Positions 29,414-39,348 of a stretch of DNA of 64,000 nucleotides are shown here, in pieces (position 1 is the first letter of the stretch; each line of letters begins with the position of its first letter). This DNA comes from Polyangiaceae bacterium (GTDB lineage Bacteria; Myxococcota_A; Polyangia; Polyangiales; Polyangiaceae). Under the pieces are notes generated by a model. The model was not told the DNA's origin, searched no databases, and saw only the letters and a program-made list of their open reading frames with translations. The stretch spans positions 192,001-256,000 of the forward strand of contig JBNKBE010000005.1 in assembly GCA_050287085.1 (NCBI GenBank), read 5' to 3'. A program made the translations under genes and the position numbers.

Positions 29414-29929
29414 TCACCCTGACCGACTTGGAACCACATCCGCATCCACAAACAAGGTTCTGGGTAGCCTGCGCACCAACACGACCGTGGGTCGTTGCAG
29501 CATAGGCAACGGCCATCGGCTAACCGCTTCCGACTTCACCCACAGCCTTCCGCGCTCGTCCTCTCGCACGACCACCTGGTGTTGGTATCGGCTCAGCTGC
29601 ACGCTGCGAATGAGAATCGGATGCAACTCGGCGTCCTCCGTCAGTTCCATCCCGGTTAGTTCCTCCGCCGCCGCATAGCTAATCTCGAGAAATGGCGCGT
29701 TCTCGAGCTCTCTTGCTGAGAACGCCGACATCTCGCGCGTGGTGGGCATCACCTGGGCAGCAGGCAAAGCTTCCCAGTAGCCCTCGGTTGGGGCTCCCGT
29801 GTACCAAGAGTCGGTCCGAGCAAAACGCTCTGGCTCCGGTCGCAACATGCGCAGCCCCATGACGATGAGCCCGAAGAGAATGGCCCCCAAGAGATAACGC
29901 AGGGGGCCGTGGGTCCATTGTCGCCACAT
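29414..29929 (-). CDS. Hypothetical membrane-anchored protein
   Basis: N-terminal TM helix, 171-aa ORF. Confidence 0.55.
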   Translation of the reverse strand: MWRQWTHGPLRYLLGAILFGLIVMGLRMLRPEPERFARTDSWYTGAPTEGYWEALPAAQVMPTTREMSAFSARELENAPFLEISYAAAEELTGMELTEDAELHPILIRSVQLSRYQHQVVVREDERGRLWVKSEAVSRWPLPMLQRPTVVLVRRLPRTLFVDADVVPSRSG

Positions 29930-30072
29930 CCACGAAGAATAGCTCGCGCCGACGGGCGAACAACTTCCTCGAGGGATAATGCAACTGCCAATGACCAGAT
30001 GCGCTGAGAGCGGACGAGCACCGTTAAGCTATTGGCGCCTGCGTGTCAGTCAACTGACGTATCCCTGGCCCG

Positions 30073-31128
30073 CTAGCGTGCCCGCCGCGTCTTGACAGAA
30101 GCAGCCAACCTCTCGAGCAATGGCGCTGTGGCATCCCAGCTCATGCACGCGTCGGTGATGCTCTGCCCATAGGTCAGCGCTGCCGGATCTGTGAGCTCCT
30201 GTCGCCCCGCAACCAGGTGGCTCTCCATCATGGTCCCAATTAGGTACGGTTGCCCAGTCGCAATCTGATCAGCCAGATTGCACGCCACCTCGGCCTGTTT
30301 GCCCACATCCTTGCTGCTGTTGGCGTGGCTACAGTCCACCATTACGTTCGGGCGGACTCCGGCCTTCTCGAGCACTTTGCCAGTGTTCGTCACCGACTCC
30401 GCGTCGAAGTTCGGGCCGTCTTTGCCTCCCCGCAATATCACGTGGCAGTGAGGGTTGCCCTTGGTGCGCACAATCGCCGCCAGGCCTTGGCTCGTGACGC
30501 CCACGAAACGGTGCGGCTGAGTGCTCGACTTGACGGCGTCACAGGCGATCTGCACGTCCCCGCTGGTCCCGTTCTTGAATCCAATGGGCGCGCTCAATCC
30601 GGACGCAAGCTCACGGTGGCTCTGGCTTTCTGTGGTACGCGCTCCGATAGCGCCCCAGCTGATCAGATCCGAGTGAAATTGGGGCGTGATGAGATCCAAG
30701 AACTCGGTTCCACAAGGCAGGCCAAGTTCATTGATGTCCAACAGAAGCCGCCGCGCGATGCGCAGTCCTTTGTTGATCTTGAAGCTGTCGTCCAGATCCG
30801 GATCGTTGATCAGCCCCTTCCATCCAACGGTGGTGCGGGGCTTTTCGAAGTACACCCGCATCACGATCACGAGCTCACCGGCAAGGGCCTGCTTGGCCTC
30901 GACGAGCTTTCTTGCGTAGTCCATCGCCGCAACCGGATCGTGAATGGAACACGGGCCTACGATGACCAGAAATTTGTCGCTGCGACCTTCCAAGACGTCA
31001 GCCACCGCACGGCGCCCCTCCGTTACCGTCTTCTCAACAGCGGCCGAGACCGGCAACTCGTCGTGCAAGATGGCTGGAGGGAGAAGCGGGCGAACACTAT
31101 CGATGCGGAGATTTCTAAGAGCAGTCAT
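30073..31128 (-). CDS. 3-deoxy-7-phosphoheptulonate (DAHP) synthase, class I-alpha (AroF/G/H-like)
   Basis: GPCSIHD, RVYFEKPRTTVGWKGLINDP, IGARTTESQ, DCSHANS, GQSITDAC. Confidence 0.96.
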   Translation of the reverse strand: MTALRNLRIDSVRPLLPPAILHDELPVSAAVEKTVTEGRRAVADVLEGRSDKFLVIVGPCSIHDPVAAMDYARKLVEAKQALAGELVIVMRVYFEKPRTTVGWKGLINDPDLDDSFKINKGLRIARRLLLDINELGLPCGTEFLDLITPQFHSDLISWGAIGARTTESQSHRELASGLSAPIGFKNGTSGDVQIACDAVKSSTQPHRFVGVTSQGLAAIVRTKGNPHCHVILRGGKDGPNFDAESVTNTGKVLEKAGVRPNVMVDCSHANSSKDVGKQAEVACNLADQIATGQPYLIGTMMESHLVAGRQELTDPAALTYGQSITDACMSWDATAPLLERLAASVKTRRAR

Positions 31129-31353
31129 GATGTACCAACCCGCAGCGAGAGCGCCGGGGATCGGCGGGCTTATAGCGGCCGAAAGCGGCGAAGCCAACCC
31201 CGGGAGGGACACCGGCCCGCGGACGGACAGATCTCTCGGCTCCCCCGGCGCATCACATGCTCCACGCTCCGCATTTCGACCGAATCCGCAGCGAACCGGG
31301 GCACCAGCAGCGATCTTGGCCCGCCCGGCAGCGCCAGGGCATGAACCCAATCG

Positions 31354-32667
31354 ATGCACGCTCATCGATGTTTTGCCCGCGTCGCATTTTTGGTGCTCGC
31401 TCTCACGACCGCAGACGCCTTCGCCCGCGGCTACACCGTCAAACCAGGTGATAGCTTATGGGCCCTCGCCAAACGCTTTGGTGTCACCGTTGACGCGCTC
31501 AAGCGAGACAACAAGCTCGCCGGAGATGACATCCGCTCCGGCCAGGTCCTAGAGCTACCCTCTGCTCAGAAGTCCAGTGCTGCTCGCGCAAGAGATCGCG
31601 CCCCCATGCGAGCCGCAGCGGCATCCCCGCCCCCGGCTCCTCGCCGCGACGTCACGACTCCGCGCCCCACCCGGCAGAGCCAGGAACGAGCTGCGCAGCT
31701 CTATGCACAACACACGGCGCGCGGCGCTCCCCAGACCGCAAGCGACCCGGCGCCCTCTTGGGTGCTGACCCCACCGTCGGCTCGCACCCAAGGCTCGAAG
31801 CCACCCCAGGCGCGCGGCGGCATCAATCCATGCGCGGCGCCGGATCCGGGCTTCGGAGCCTACCAGCGTTGGGAGCAAATCGCCCCCATGGCCCACGTCC
31901 TCTTGCCTGAGAAGCCACGCTTCGAAGACGGCGGCTTCAACGTGGTCTTTCACTTTCACGGGCGAGAGCCCGCACGCAAGGAATGGGTGACGGCGATGCA
32001 CGATGCCGTGCTGGTCTCGGTCGACGTCGGCATAGATTCACAGTCCTACGCCAATGCCTTCAGCGATATCAGAACGGTCCAACAGGTACTCCGCGCTGTC
32101 GAAGCCCGCGTGACCGAACGTTATGCCGTGCCTGAAGCACACATCTCCCATTTGGCGCTCAGCGCCTGGAGTGCGGGCTATGCGGCCGTCGAGCGCATTC
32201 TGGCCACGCCCTTCGGACAGCGCGAAGTATCAGCCGTCGTGTTGCTCGACGGTCTGCATTCCGGATACACCGATCATTCGCTAGACAGCGAACGGCTGGC
32301 GCCCTTTGTCGCGTTTGCGTCCCAGGCGGCCGCCGGCAATAAGCTGCTATTCGTTTCTCATTCGTCGATCCGCACGCCTGGCTATGCGTCGACGACCGAA
32401 ACCGCCAACTATCTAATATGGCGACTCGGCGGCAAACCGCGAGAGGTTGTCAACGCTCAGCGAGACCCCATGGGACTGGAGCGAATCAGCTCCTACTCGC
32501 TGGGCCACTTCCACGTTCGGGGCTATAGCGGCAGCGGCGCTCTCGATCATTGCGCCCACCTCGCGCTCCTCGGCGATGTGTTGGAGGTTCACCTGAAACC
32601 GCTGTGGAACCCAAGCGGCAACGAGAACTCCAAGCTTCCCGGACCGCCTACAGTCGCGGCCCGCTAA
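31354..32667 (+). CDS. Secreted LysM-domain protein with alpha/beta-hydrolase-like C-domain
   Basis: Signal peptide; LysM YTVKPGDSLWALAKRFGV; FHFHG, AWSAG elbow, LLDGLH, C-terminal His. Confidence 0.8.
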   Translation: MHAHRCFARVAFLVLALTTADAFARGYTVKPGDSLWALAKRFGVTVDALKRDNKLAGDDIRSGQVLELPSAQKSSAARARDRAPMRAAAASPPPAPRRDVTTPRPTRQSQERAAQLYAQHTARGAPQTASDPAPSWVLTPPSARTQGSKPPQARGGINPCAAPDPGFGAYQRWEQIAPMAHVLLPEKPRFEDGGFNVVFHFHGREPARKEWVTAMHDAVLVSVDVGIDSQSYANAFSDIRTVQQVLRAVEARVTERYAVPEAHISHLALSAWSAGYAAVERILATPFGQREVSAVVLLDGLHSGYTDHSLDSERLAPFVAFASQAAAGNKLLFVSHSSIRTPGYASTTETANYLIWRLGGKPREVVNAQRDPMGLERISSYSLGHFHVRGYSGSGALDHCAHLALLGDVLEVHLKPLWNPSGNENSKLPGPPTVAAR

Positions 32668-32690
32668 CAACTCCAGCCGCGGCCCGCTAA
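32655..32690 (+). repeat. 13-bp direct repeat CGCGGCCCGCTAA x2 (period 23)
   Basis: Copies at 32655-32667 and 32678-32690. Confidence 0.85.
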
Positions 32691-33017
32691 GCACTTCGGT
32701 ATGTCATCGAGGCGGGCGCACCGCAGGCGATGTTTCCGTGCCATTGCAGTCGCTGCCGACGACAGACGGAGACCGTGTACGGCGCTACAGTGTTCCTTGA
32801 GGGAGGGTCTCTCAGATTCGATGCCGACAAGGCGCCGCTCACAGCTTACTCGTTGCTGGGTGCCCGAAAGAAACGAGTGTTCTGCAAGTTCTGCAGCAGC
32901 CCGATGCCCCGTCTCGAATCGCCAAACACGATCCCCTGCCAGCGGGCTCTCTCGACGACGCCAGTCTCGCTACCCCGACTGCACACGTTCACTGCGATAG
33001 CGAAGCCGAAGGGATAA
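32691..33017 (+). pseudogene. GFA/CENP-V family Zn-binding protein remnant (5'-truncated, frameshifted)
   Basis: CHCSRCRR and FCKFCSSP present, N-terminal CxC missing; LPAGSLDD...PTAHVH continues in another frame after ~32935. Confidence 0.7.
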
Positions 33018-33150
33018 GAGCCTCGGCGACTGCGCCGCCCATTGGCCTCGCCAACGACTCAGCAAAGCCCGTGGGCTAGTTCCCGGCCGACCATCATCAA
33101 TCAAGGTTGGGGGCCCACGCCTGGCCCCCCCTTGTGTGCTCCCGAACGCC

Positions 33151-33945
33151 TCAGCGTGGCGCTTTCTTGTCCAAGCGACCGCCATGCTTCATCTCGCGCT
33201 TGATGGCGTTTTCTACATCACTGCAGCGCCGCCCTTCGTCCAATATCTGCAGCGTACCGTCGACGACATCGAGCCGGTCCTTGCGAAAACACTCGTCCAG
33301 CTCAACGCGATCGAACCAGCTCTGCACATCGAGCTGTGCAAACAGCGTCTGCGGCTCCTCTGCGGTCAACTCGATGCCCGCTTTTGACTCAAAGCGCACG
33401 TCGTTGTTGAAGGTCAGACGCAGCTCGAAATTCTCTGCGGCTTCACCGGAGTAGGCGCCGTCCGCCCGCAAGCTCAGGCCCATCAACTCAGCGGGGATCT
33501 CGATCTCACGTGCTTGCTTCTTGCCCGCGTCTTCGAAGCGAATATCAATACGGCGGTACTCACCCACCGGCACTTTGAGCCCGTCGAGGTCCGGCGTTGC
33601 CTCTCCCGTCATCAGGTCAACCACCCAGGGACCTTCGATCCGAATCTTATCCTCGCACTCGCCGTCGTCGTCGGTTCCCGAATCCGGAGCGTCTGCATCG
33701 CCGTGAGCACACTGCCCCTCGGGTAGGTAGAACTCGATATGTCGAATGAAGGCCTCAGCATGCTCTACCTGAAGCGCCGCTTCGCTGCTCCCGGCATCTT
33801 CGGACGACTCGCTGCCAGTGCCGCTCACTGTGAGGTTCATCGTGACGTGTGCAAAGTCTTGCTCCGCCGGGTCATTGCTGCAGCCAGCAGCGGTTATCGT
33901 CGTTGCCAAAATGATCGTAGCGTTAATTCTATTCATAATACTCAT
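33151..33945 (-). CDS. Hypothetical lipoprotein (paralogue of 34089-34886; start may be 33936)
   Basis: Lipobox TAAGC; DLMTGEATPDL, PVGEYRRIDIR. Confidence 0.75.
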   Translation of the reverse strand: MSIMNRINATIILATTITAAGCSNDPAEQDFAHVTMNLTVSGTGSESSEDAGSSEAALQVEHAEAFIRHIEFYLPEGQCAHGDADAPDSGTDDDGECEDKIRIEGPWVVDLMTGEATPDLDGLKVPVGEYRRIDIRFEDAGKKQAREIEIPAELMGLSLRADGAYSGEAAENFELRLTFNNDVRFESKAGIELTAEEPQTLFAQLDVQSWFDRVELDECFRKDRLDVVDGTLQILDEGRRCSDVENAIKREMKHGGRLDKKAPR

Positions 33946-34088
33946 TCCCTAGCTTCACCGCAAAGCGGTGCCTACGGGCCTCCTCGTCGGTCCCACTCAG
34001 TTCTCCTGAGAGCCGCAGCACTCAAGAGCGATACGGCACAGAAGCCCTTATCTATATGCCCATTTCTAGATATCTACATACTGTGGAG

Positions 34089-34886
34089 CTATTCGACACG
34101 TCGCCGAAGCCCCGTACTACTGCGGAGCACATCAACCAGCGCCCGCTCGACTTCACTGCAGCGCGAGGTATCGTCTATCCGAATGGCTCCCGCCACCTCG
34201 TCTAGCCCTCCATCCTCGTAACAGTCGGTCAGCGGTAGAGCTGCAAACCACAGCTCCAGGTCGAGCTCTGCGCTCAGCCACTGCTCGTCTTCCACCAGAA
34301 CGCCGGCTACGTCTTCGAAGCGCAACGTTTCGCTGCGCTTGATCGCAAGAACGAAGGGCCGTTCTTCGCCACCCCAATGAGCGGTGCCCTCCACCCACAA
34401 GGACACGCGTCCTTCCGGGGCGGACTTAGGTCTCGGATCGATGCGAACTTGGACTCGATCGTAGCGTCCAACCGGGAACTGGTAGACGCTCAAGTCCGGA
34501 CTCGTCTCTCGGGTGATCAAGTCCGCCACCATGGCTTCATCCCAGGTGAAGCGACCCTTCGAACAGCGCGCCTGCTCCGGCATGGGTTCAGGGCAAGGGT
34601 CGAATCCGTCGGCTCGTAGCTCCAACTTGCCCAGCGACAACTTGGCAACGCCAATGTCATACCGAGTCCCAGAAGAGTCCACGACGTGAAGTAGGCTATC
34701 GACCTGCCCGGCGTCTCGAGTCAGGAGACTCTCACCGGCAACACTGAAGTCGAGGCGCATACCGTTCCCCGTCTTGGTGCCGTCGGAAGAACAACCTTGC
34801 GCCAAGAGCAAGGCGGCGAGAGCCAGCCCGCGACGGTAGCTCCGCCCAAAGTGGCGGGACCAGAGCGAGGAAAGGGGCCGCTTCAT
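34089..34886 (-). CDS. Hypothetical lipoprotein
   Basis: Lipobox LAQGC-SSDGTKTGNG; DLITRETSPDL, PVGRYDRVQVR; ATGA overlap with upstream gene. Confidence 0.75.
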   Translation of the reverse strand: MKRPLSSLWSRHFGRSYRRGLALAALLLAQGCSSDGTKTGNGMRLDFSVAGESLLTRDAGQVDSLLHVVDSSGTRYDIGVAKLSLGKLELRADGFDPCPEPMPEQARCSKGRFTWDEAMVADLITRETSPDLSVYQFPVGRYDRVQVRIDPRPKSAPEGRVSLWVEGTAHWGGEERPFVLAIKRSETLRFEDVAGVLVEDEQWLSAELDLELWFAALPLTDCYEDGGLDEVAGAIRIDDTSRCSEVERALVDVLRSSTGLRRRVE

Positions 34887-35722
34887 TGCTGCGTCCTCCG
34901 CGTTGCTGGAACCAGAGCGAAGCTCAAATGATAGACCTCTAGCTCCGACGCCGAGCTCGGCTGCTCGTCGCCGCCCAGCGCTGACAGCAGCGCGTCCTGG
35001 AAGGAGTCGATCTGCTTGCACACTCGTTCGTATTGACATCTTGTTAACTTAACGGTGACGGAAGTCACGCTGCGCTCGGCGCGCGGCAGCGCGTCTAGTG
35101 AAGCCGCCGCGCATTGCAGCATGGTGCGATGATAGTTGCGCACCGCTAGCGACTGCACCTCAGCGTCAGTCTCGAGCGCTCCGCTCACGCCCCGCAAGCG
35201 CCCTGCTTCGTCCACCTCCAACAATCCAAGCTCCTGCAACGTACCTAGCGCACGTTTGACCTCAGCCGCGCGCGCTCGAGGCCACAGTCGCTTGCCAAGT
35301 TCCATCGGCTGCGATGGTGCATCCTCAAGCGTCAGCAGCTCACGCAACGGAACGGCATGAGGTGTGGAATAGAGCTCGAAAGCGTCGCCGTGAATGCGCC
35401 GTTTGAGCGAGGAAGCGCGGAGACGCCGCAGCAAGCGGGTGCGTTCTTGATCATTGGAGGCCTCTGACAGCCCAACCAGCAACTCAAAGGCGCGTTCTTC
35501 TTGCTCGGATAGTCCGAGTCCCCGGGCCACCTTGGGCACCGACTTAGCAGCGAGGTTGCGCTCGCCCTCTATCAGGTGTTTGAGAAACCCCACTGACGAA
35601 AACCCGCTGCGCATCGCGAACGCGCGGTAGCTGAAGGTCTTGGTCGAGGCTTTGAGATACGCCACCATCTGACGTAGGTACGTCCGATAGTCGCTGAAGT
35701 CTTGGGGAGCCGGGCGCTGCAT
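34883..35722 (-). CDS. TIGR02147 family protein (HTH plus DUF4423-like domain)
   Basis: DYRTYL...FSYRAFA..SGFSS..FLKHLIEGERNL; VRNYHRTML; ERSVTSVT; VYHLSFALVP. Confidence 0.8.
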   Translation of the reverse strand: MQRPAPQDFSDYRTYLRQMVAYLKASTKTFSYRAFAMRSGFSSVGFLKHLIEGERNLAAKSVPKVARGLGLSEQEERAFELLVGLSEASNDQERTRLLRRLRASSLKRRIHGDAFELYSTPHAVPLRELLTLEDAPSQPMELGKRLWPRARAAEVKRALGTLQELGLLEVDEAGRLRGVSGALETDAEVQSLAVRNYHRTMLQCAAASLDALPRAERSVTSVTVKLTRCQYERVCKQIDSFQDALLSALGGDEQPSSASELEVYHLSFALVPATRRTQQ

Positions 35723-35947
35723 CTCGAGAAGAAGAGTGATTGCGTGCACACCGATTGTAAAGCGAGCGGGCCCACAATGCGTTCTCGCCAGAGAACGCAT
35801 TGTGTCGTATATTATTGTTTTTATTCTCTTTACCTCAGGAGAGCACATCCACTCGAACGCAACAGAGAACAACCCTCGAGCCGCGGACGGTGGGGATTGG
35901 CCCGCAGTTTATTTTCCCCGCGGGGCCGTCGGCGGCATGGTGGGCGC

Positions 35948-36226
35948 ATGCCCTACAGTATGGCCCCCCCGGAGGAACTCACGCTTCGCGACGTTCTTGC
36001 ACGCGACCGCACCGTCCTCGCCAACGAGCGCACGCTCCTGGCCTACCTAAGAACGGGACTCATGTTGTTGGTTTCTGGAGTCACCCTATTCAAGCTCAGT
36101 GTCCAGCCTGGCGTTGCAACCTGGACCGCCGCCTTGGTATTGGGCGCTGCAGGCGTACTGATCAGCACGATTGGCCTCGCGCGCTTCTTCCGCGTCGCGC
36201 GCGCTCTTGCCAAGATCCCCGGCTAG
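35948..36226 (+). CDS. DUF202/YidH-like small membrane protein
   Basis: LARDRTVLANERTLLAYLRTGL plus two TM helices. Confidence 0.85.
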   Translation: MPYSMAPPEELTLRDVLARDRTVLANERTLLAYLRTGLMLLVSGVTLFKLSVQPGVATWTAALVLGAAGVLISTIGLARFFRVARALAKIPG

Positions 36227-36600
36227 GGGCGCAGTTGCCGCTCTCGCTCTGCCCGCAGCGTCCCGTGAGCAGAGCGCCCCCGAAGCTAGCCCAGCGCTGC
36301 CTCCTCGCGGACGAGTGTTGCCGGCAGCCAACGCCTGCTCCGACGCCTTGTTGCCCCGAGCCAACACAGGCCTCGTGCCCCCTCAAGCTCCGCGCAAAAT
36401 CCGGGCTAAAAAGGGGCTCACCGAGGTGTGATGGGATTCGAAGCGTAACTGGCACGCTCGCTGCAGTACCCAAAGCGATGCCGGCTCGCTCGGGGCCGAC
36501 CCTGCGCCGCCCGGGTGCCCAAAGGCAAGTGACAGCGCTTGCTTGCAGCCCGCTGCGCTCGCTTCACACATCCCCAACAAGGAAGAGAAAGAATCCCAAC

Positions 36601-37800
36601 ATGCTAATCCTACGCACTGTCCTACTGTCTTCGCTGGCTTGCACCTGGGTCGCTTGTGGCGCTGTCGACGCAAGTGAGGAGGCCGAGACGCAGGCTCCAG
36701 ATACGGCAGCTGCGCAATACGACCTGACCGTGCTGCAGCAGTACCGCACCGCGCTGCCCACCACAGACGACATCACCGCCCCCACAGTGGGCGACGAGGC
36801 AGATCCCAACGCCCTCACCCTCGAGGGCGACGCTGAATTGGCAAAGCTTGCCGCCCGCTCCGCGCGCGACATCAATCGACCGGCGCGCCTGCTCGTCGCT
36901 ACCTTGAAAGTCCTCACCCAGACGCCGCCATCTCACTACGACGAGGCAGAAGGAACGTTCACCTGGGGGCCGTGGAAGAACGAAGAGGGCTACGGAAGCG
37001 TCGTTGCCTTCATCAAGAAGGCGGATCGAGATGCGGACTTCGAGTATGAATACGGTCTGGTTCGCCTAGCGGACGATGAGGGCAGCCGCACTCCGGTAAT
37101 CTGGGGGGGAGCTACGCCCAGCGCGGACGACGTCGCCCGCGGCACGGGCGTCGCGTTGTGGGACTTCGAAGCCAACTGGAGTTTCGAAAAGACCTACGAT
37201 CCGGAATTCGACGCGGAGACCCCTCACGACCGCGGACGTTTCGTAACGCTGTTCGGCAGAGGCGAGAACGATGAAGGGCGCTACCGCTTCAACGTGGCTG
37301 TCTTCCGGAACTTCACCTCCAAAGACGCAGAGCCCGACGCCGGCCCTGTTGACCTTGAATACTACTACGGGCACTTCCGCTCTGACTCCGGCGACGTGCT
37401 CGACTTCGTCGATTGGGATCTGAGCGCAAACCTCTGTGGAAGCACTCCGGAAGCCTGCTTCGAGAACGCCACGGCAAGCGACCTCGAAACGGGCAAAGCA
37501 GAAACACTATCCCTCAGCGCAGCGTTCGCCAACCGACGCCAAGGACGCGCAGAAGCCACCATCAGCGGCGGAGATCTGGACGAAGCGGTCGATGCAATCG
37601 AATGCTGGAACCGCCTGCTCGGCAGGACCTATCTTTCATATGCGGTCGATGGGACTCCGATCGCAGCGCAGGGTGCCTGCGCTGCGCCCTTTGACCTGAC
37701 GCTTGCCGAGCTGGGCATTCCAACCCTCGACGACATAGATCCGGAGATTCTCGCGAAAATGGATTGTGCAGCCACGAACGGCGCGGTCTGCACGGATTGA
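36601..37800 (+). CDS. Hypothetical lipoprotein
   Basis: Signal peptide ending WVAC; acidic, Cys-containing mature domain. Confidence 0.75.
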   Translation: MLILRTVLLSSLACTWVACGAVDASEEAETQAPDTAAAQYDLTVLQQYRTALPTTDDITAPTVGDEADPNALTLEGDAELAKLAARSARDINRPARLLVATLKVLTQTPPSHYDEAEGTFTWGPWKNEEGYGSVVAFIKKADRDADFEYEYGLVRLADDEGSRTPVIWGGATPSADDVARGTGVALWDFEANWSFEKTYDPEFDAETPHDRGRFVTLFGRGENDEGRYRFNVAVFRNFTSKDAEPDAGPVDLEYYYGHFRSDSGDVLDFVDWDLSANLCGSTPEACFENATASDLETGKAETLSLSAAFANRRQGRAEATISGGDLDEAVDAIECWNRLLGRTYLSYAVDGTPIAAQGACAAPFDLTLAELGIPTLDDIDPEILAKMDCAATNGAVCTD

Positions 37801-37824
37801 CGCTCCGACGTCCTGCCAAGATGG

Positions 37825-39348
37825 TTATCCCCGGCGCGGCAGCCGCACAAGAAAACACGCGCCGGGCTCGCCCGTGGCCTCAAACCTAGCGCTACCGCCA
37901 TGACCTTCCGCTACCGCCTTGACGATGGCCAGCCCGAGACCCGTCCCGTTGTCACCATCGGTAGTAAAGAAGCGTTCAAATAGGCGAGCCCGGTGGGCAA
38001 GCGGGACCCCAGGACCGCGATCACGTACGCTCACCTCGAACCAAGAGCTGGCCCCGTCGCCCCCCACTGGATCCCACACAATCCGCAGCCCCACCACGAC
38101 CTCACACCCCACGGGAGAGAAACGCACCGCGTTGTCCAGCAAGTTGGAAAAGGCCGTTGCCAGCTCCGCCTTTCGTCCGCAATAAGTCGCATCTCCGACC
38201 GTTGTGCTGCAAGTGACGCGCACATCGGGGGTTGCCGCCCGTTCGCATAGGGAGCGCAGCAATTCCGCAAGCTCGATCCACTCTGAAGCTTCGCTCGAGT
38301 TCTCCAGTCGACTGAGCTCCAGCAACCGACTCACCAAGTGGTCAAGTCGTTCCGCATCCTGCTCGATATTGGCCACAAAACGAGCGCGCGCCGCCGGGTC
38401 GTCCGCCGCGCCCTGAGTCAGAAGCTCGGCGGCACCGCGGAGCGACGTGAGCGGGGATTTGAATCCGTGTGCCACATCCGCCGCAAACGTGCGTGTATCG
38501 TGCAGGCGCCGTTCTAGCCGTTCCATCATCTTGGAAAATGCGTCGCCAAGGGCACGGATCTCAGCCGCGCCAGAAACGTCCACCCGAAGCCCCACCTCAC
38601 CCCCTGCGATGCGATGCGCGATGTGCGCTAGACGCTGGAGCGGGCGCGTTATCGTCAGCGCGAAGAACCCCGTGAGCAATGTGGTCAGGGCTAGAGCCAC
38701 GAGCAAAATGGTCTGCAGCCCGGAGCGAATCCGATACAACTCCCCCATAACCGGTCTCGTGGAGCGCGTGACGTACACAACGCCCACAACCTTTCCCGCT
38801 CCGGCAAACACGGGTTCCGCGAGAAAAAGCACCACGCTCGGGGTCTGAGCCCGCACGCGAGTAAACGAGCTGCGTTCCCCTCGAAGCGCCCGCATCACTT
38901 CAACGCGCTGCTCGACTGGAGGCCAGCGAGGGCGCTTACCCAAACGCAACGACGCGCCCGGCAAATAGCCCGGCGCTTCCGACTCAGGACCCTCCGGCGG
39001 TCCCGCGTGATGACTGTCGGCCACAAGCTGCCCTCGAACGTCGACAATGCGCACCCGCGTGCGGGTATCGCGCGCCGCACTCTCCAGAGCGCGTTCTACG
39101 GCAACGGCACTCTCACGATGGGCAACCGCGCGCTGTCCGTCGAAAACCGCACCGAGCCGGTTGTCCATTTCGATGAAGCGGCGCACCAGCTGCGCTTGGT
39201 GTCGCATGTCCCGCTCCAGCGACGAGAGCAACTCTCGCTCAAAGGTTCGAGCAAATTCGAGACCAAAAACAGGCACGAGCAACACCAATGCGTTGACCGC
39301 CAACAAGCGCACGTGGAGACTGGAGAAGAAGCGCCTCACTCCGAACAT
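37825..39348 (-). CDS. Sensor histidine kinase (HAMP-HisKA-HATPase; CreC/ChvG-like)
   Basis: Two TMs, HAMP, H-box DVAHGFKSPLTSL, NLLDNA, DRGPG, GTGLGLAI. Confidence 0.93.
   Translation of the reverse strand: MFGVRRFFSSLHVRLLAVNALVLLVPVFGLEFARTFERELLSSLERDMRHQAQLVRRFIEMDNRLGAVFDGQRAVAHRESAVAVERALESAARDTRTRVRIVDVRGQLVADSHHAGPPEGPESEAPGYLPGASLRLGKRPRWPPVEQRVEVMRALRGERSSFTRVRAQTPSVVLFLAEPVFAGAGKVVGVVYVTRSTRPVMGELYRIRSGLQTILLVALALTTLLTGFFALTITRPLQRLAHIAHRIAGGEVGLRVDVSGAAEIRALGDAFSKMMERLERRLHDTRTFAADVAHGFKSPLTSLRGAAELLTQGAADDPAARARFVANIEQDAERLDHLVSRLLELSRLENSSEASEWIELAELLRSLCERAATPDVRVTCSTTVGDATYCGRKAELATAFSNLLDNAVRFSPVGCEVVVGLRIVWDPVGGDGASSWFEVSVRDRGPGVPLAHRARLFERFFTTDGDNGTGLGLAIVKAVAEGHGGSARFEATGEPGACFLVRLPRRG

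Noticed and set aside
30250..31344. 364-aa plus-strand ORF
   Set aside because: Antisense shadow of DAHP synthase
35800..36600. N-terminal 267 aa of the 666-aa ORF
   Set aside because: Overlaps the DUF202 gene and is non-protein-like; the lipoprotein signal starts at 36601
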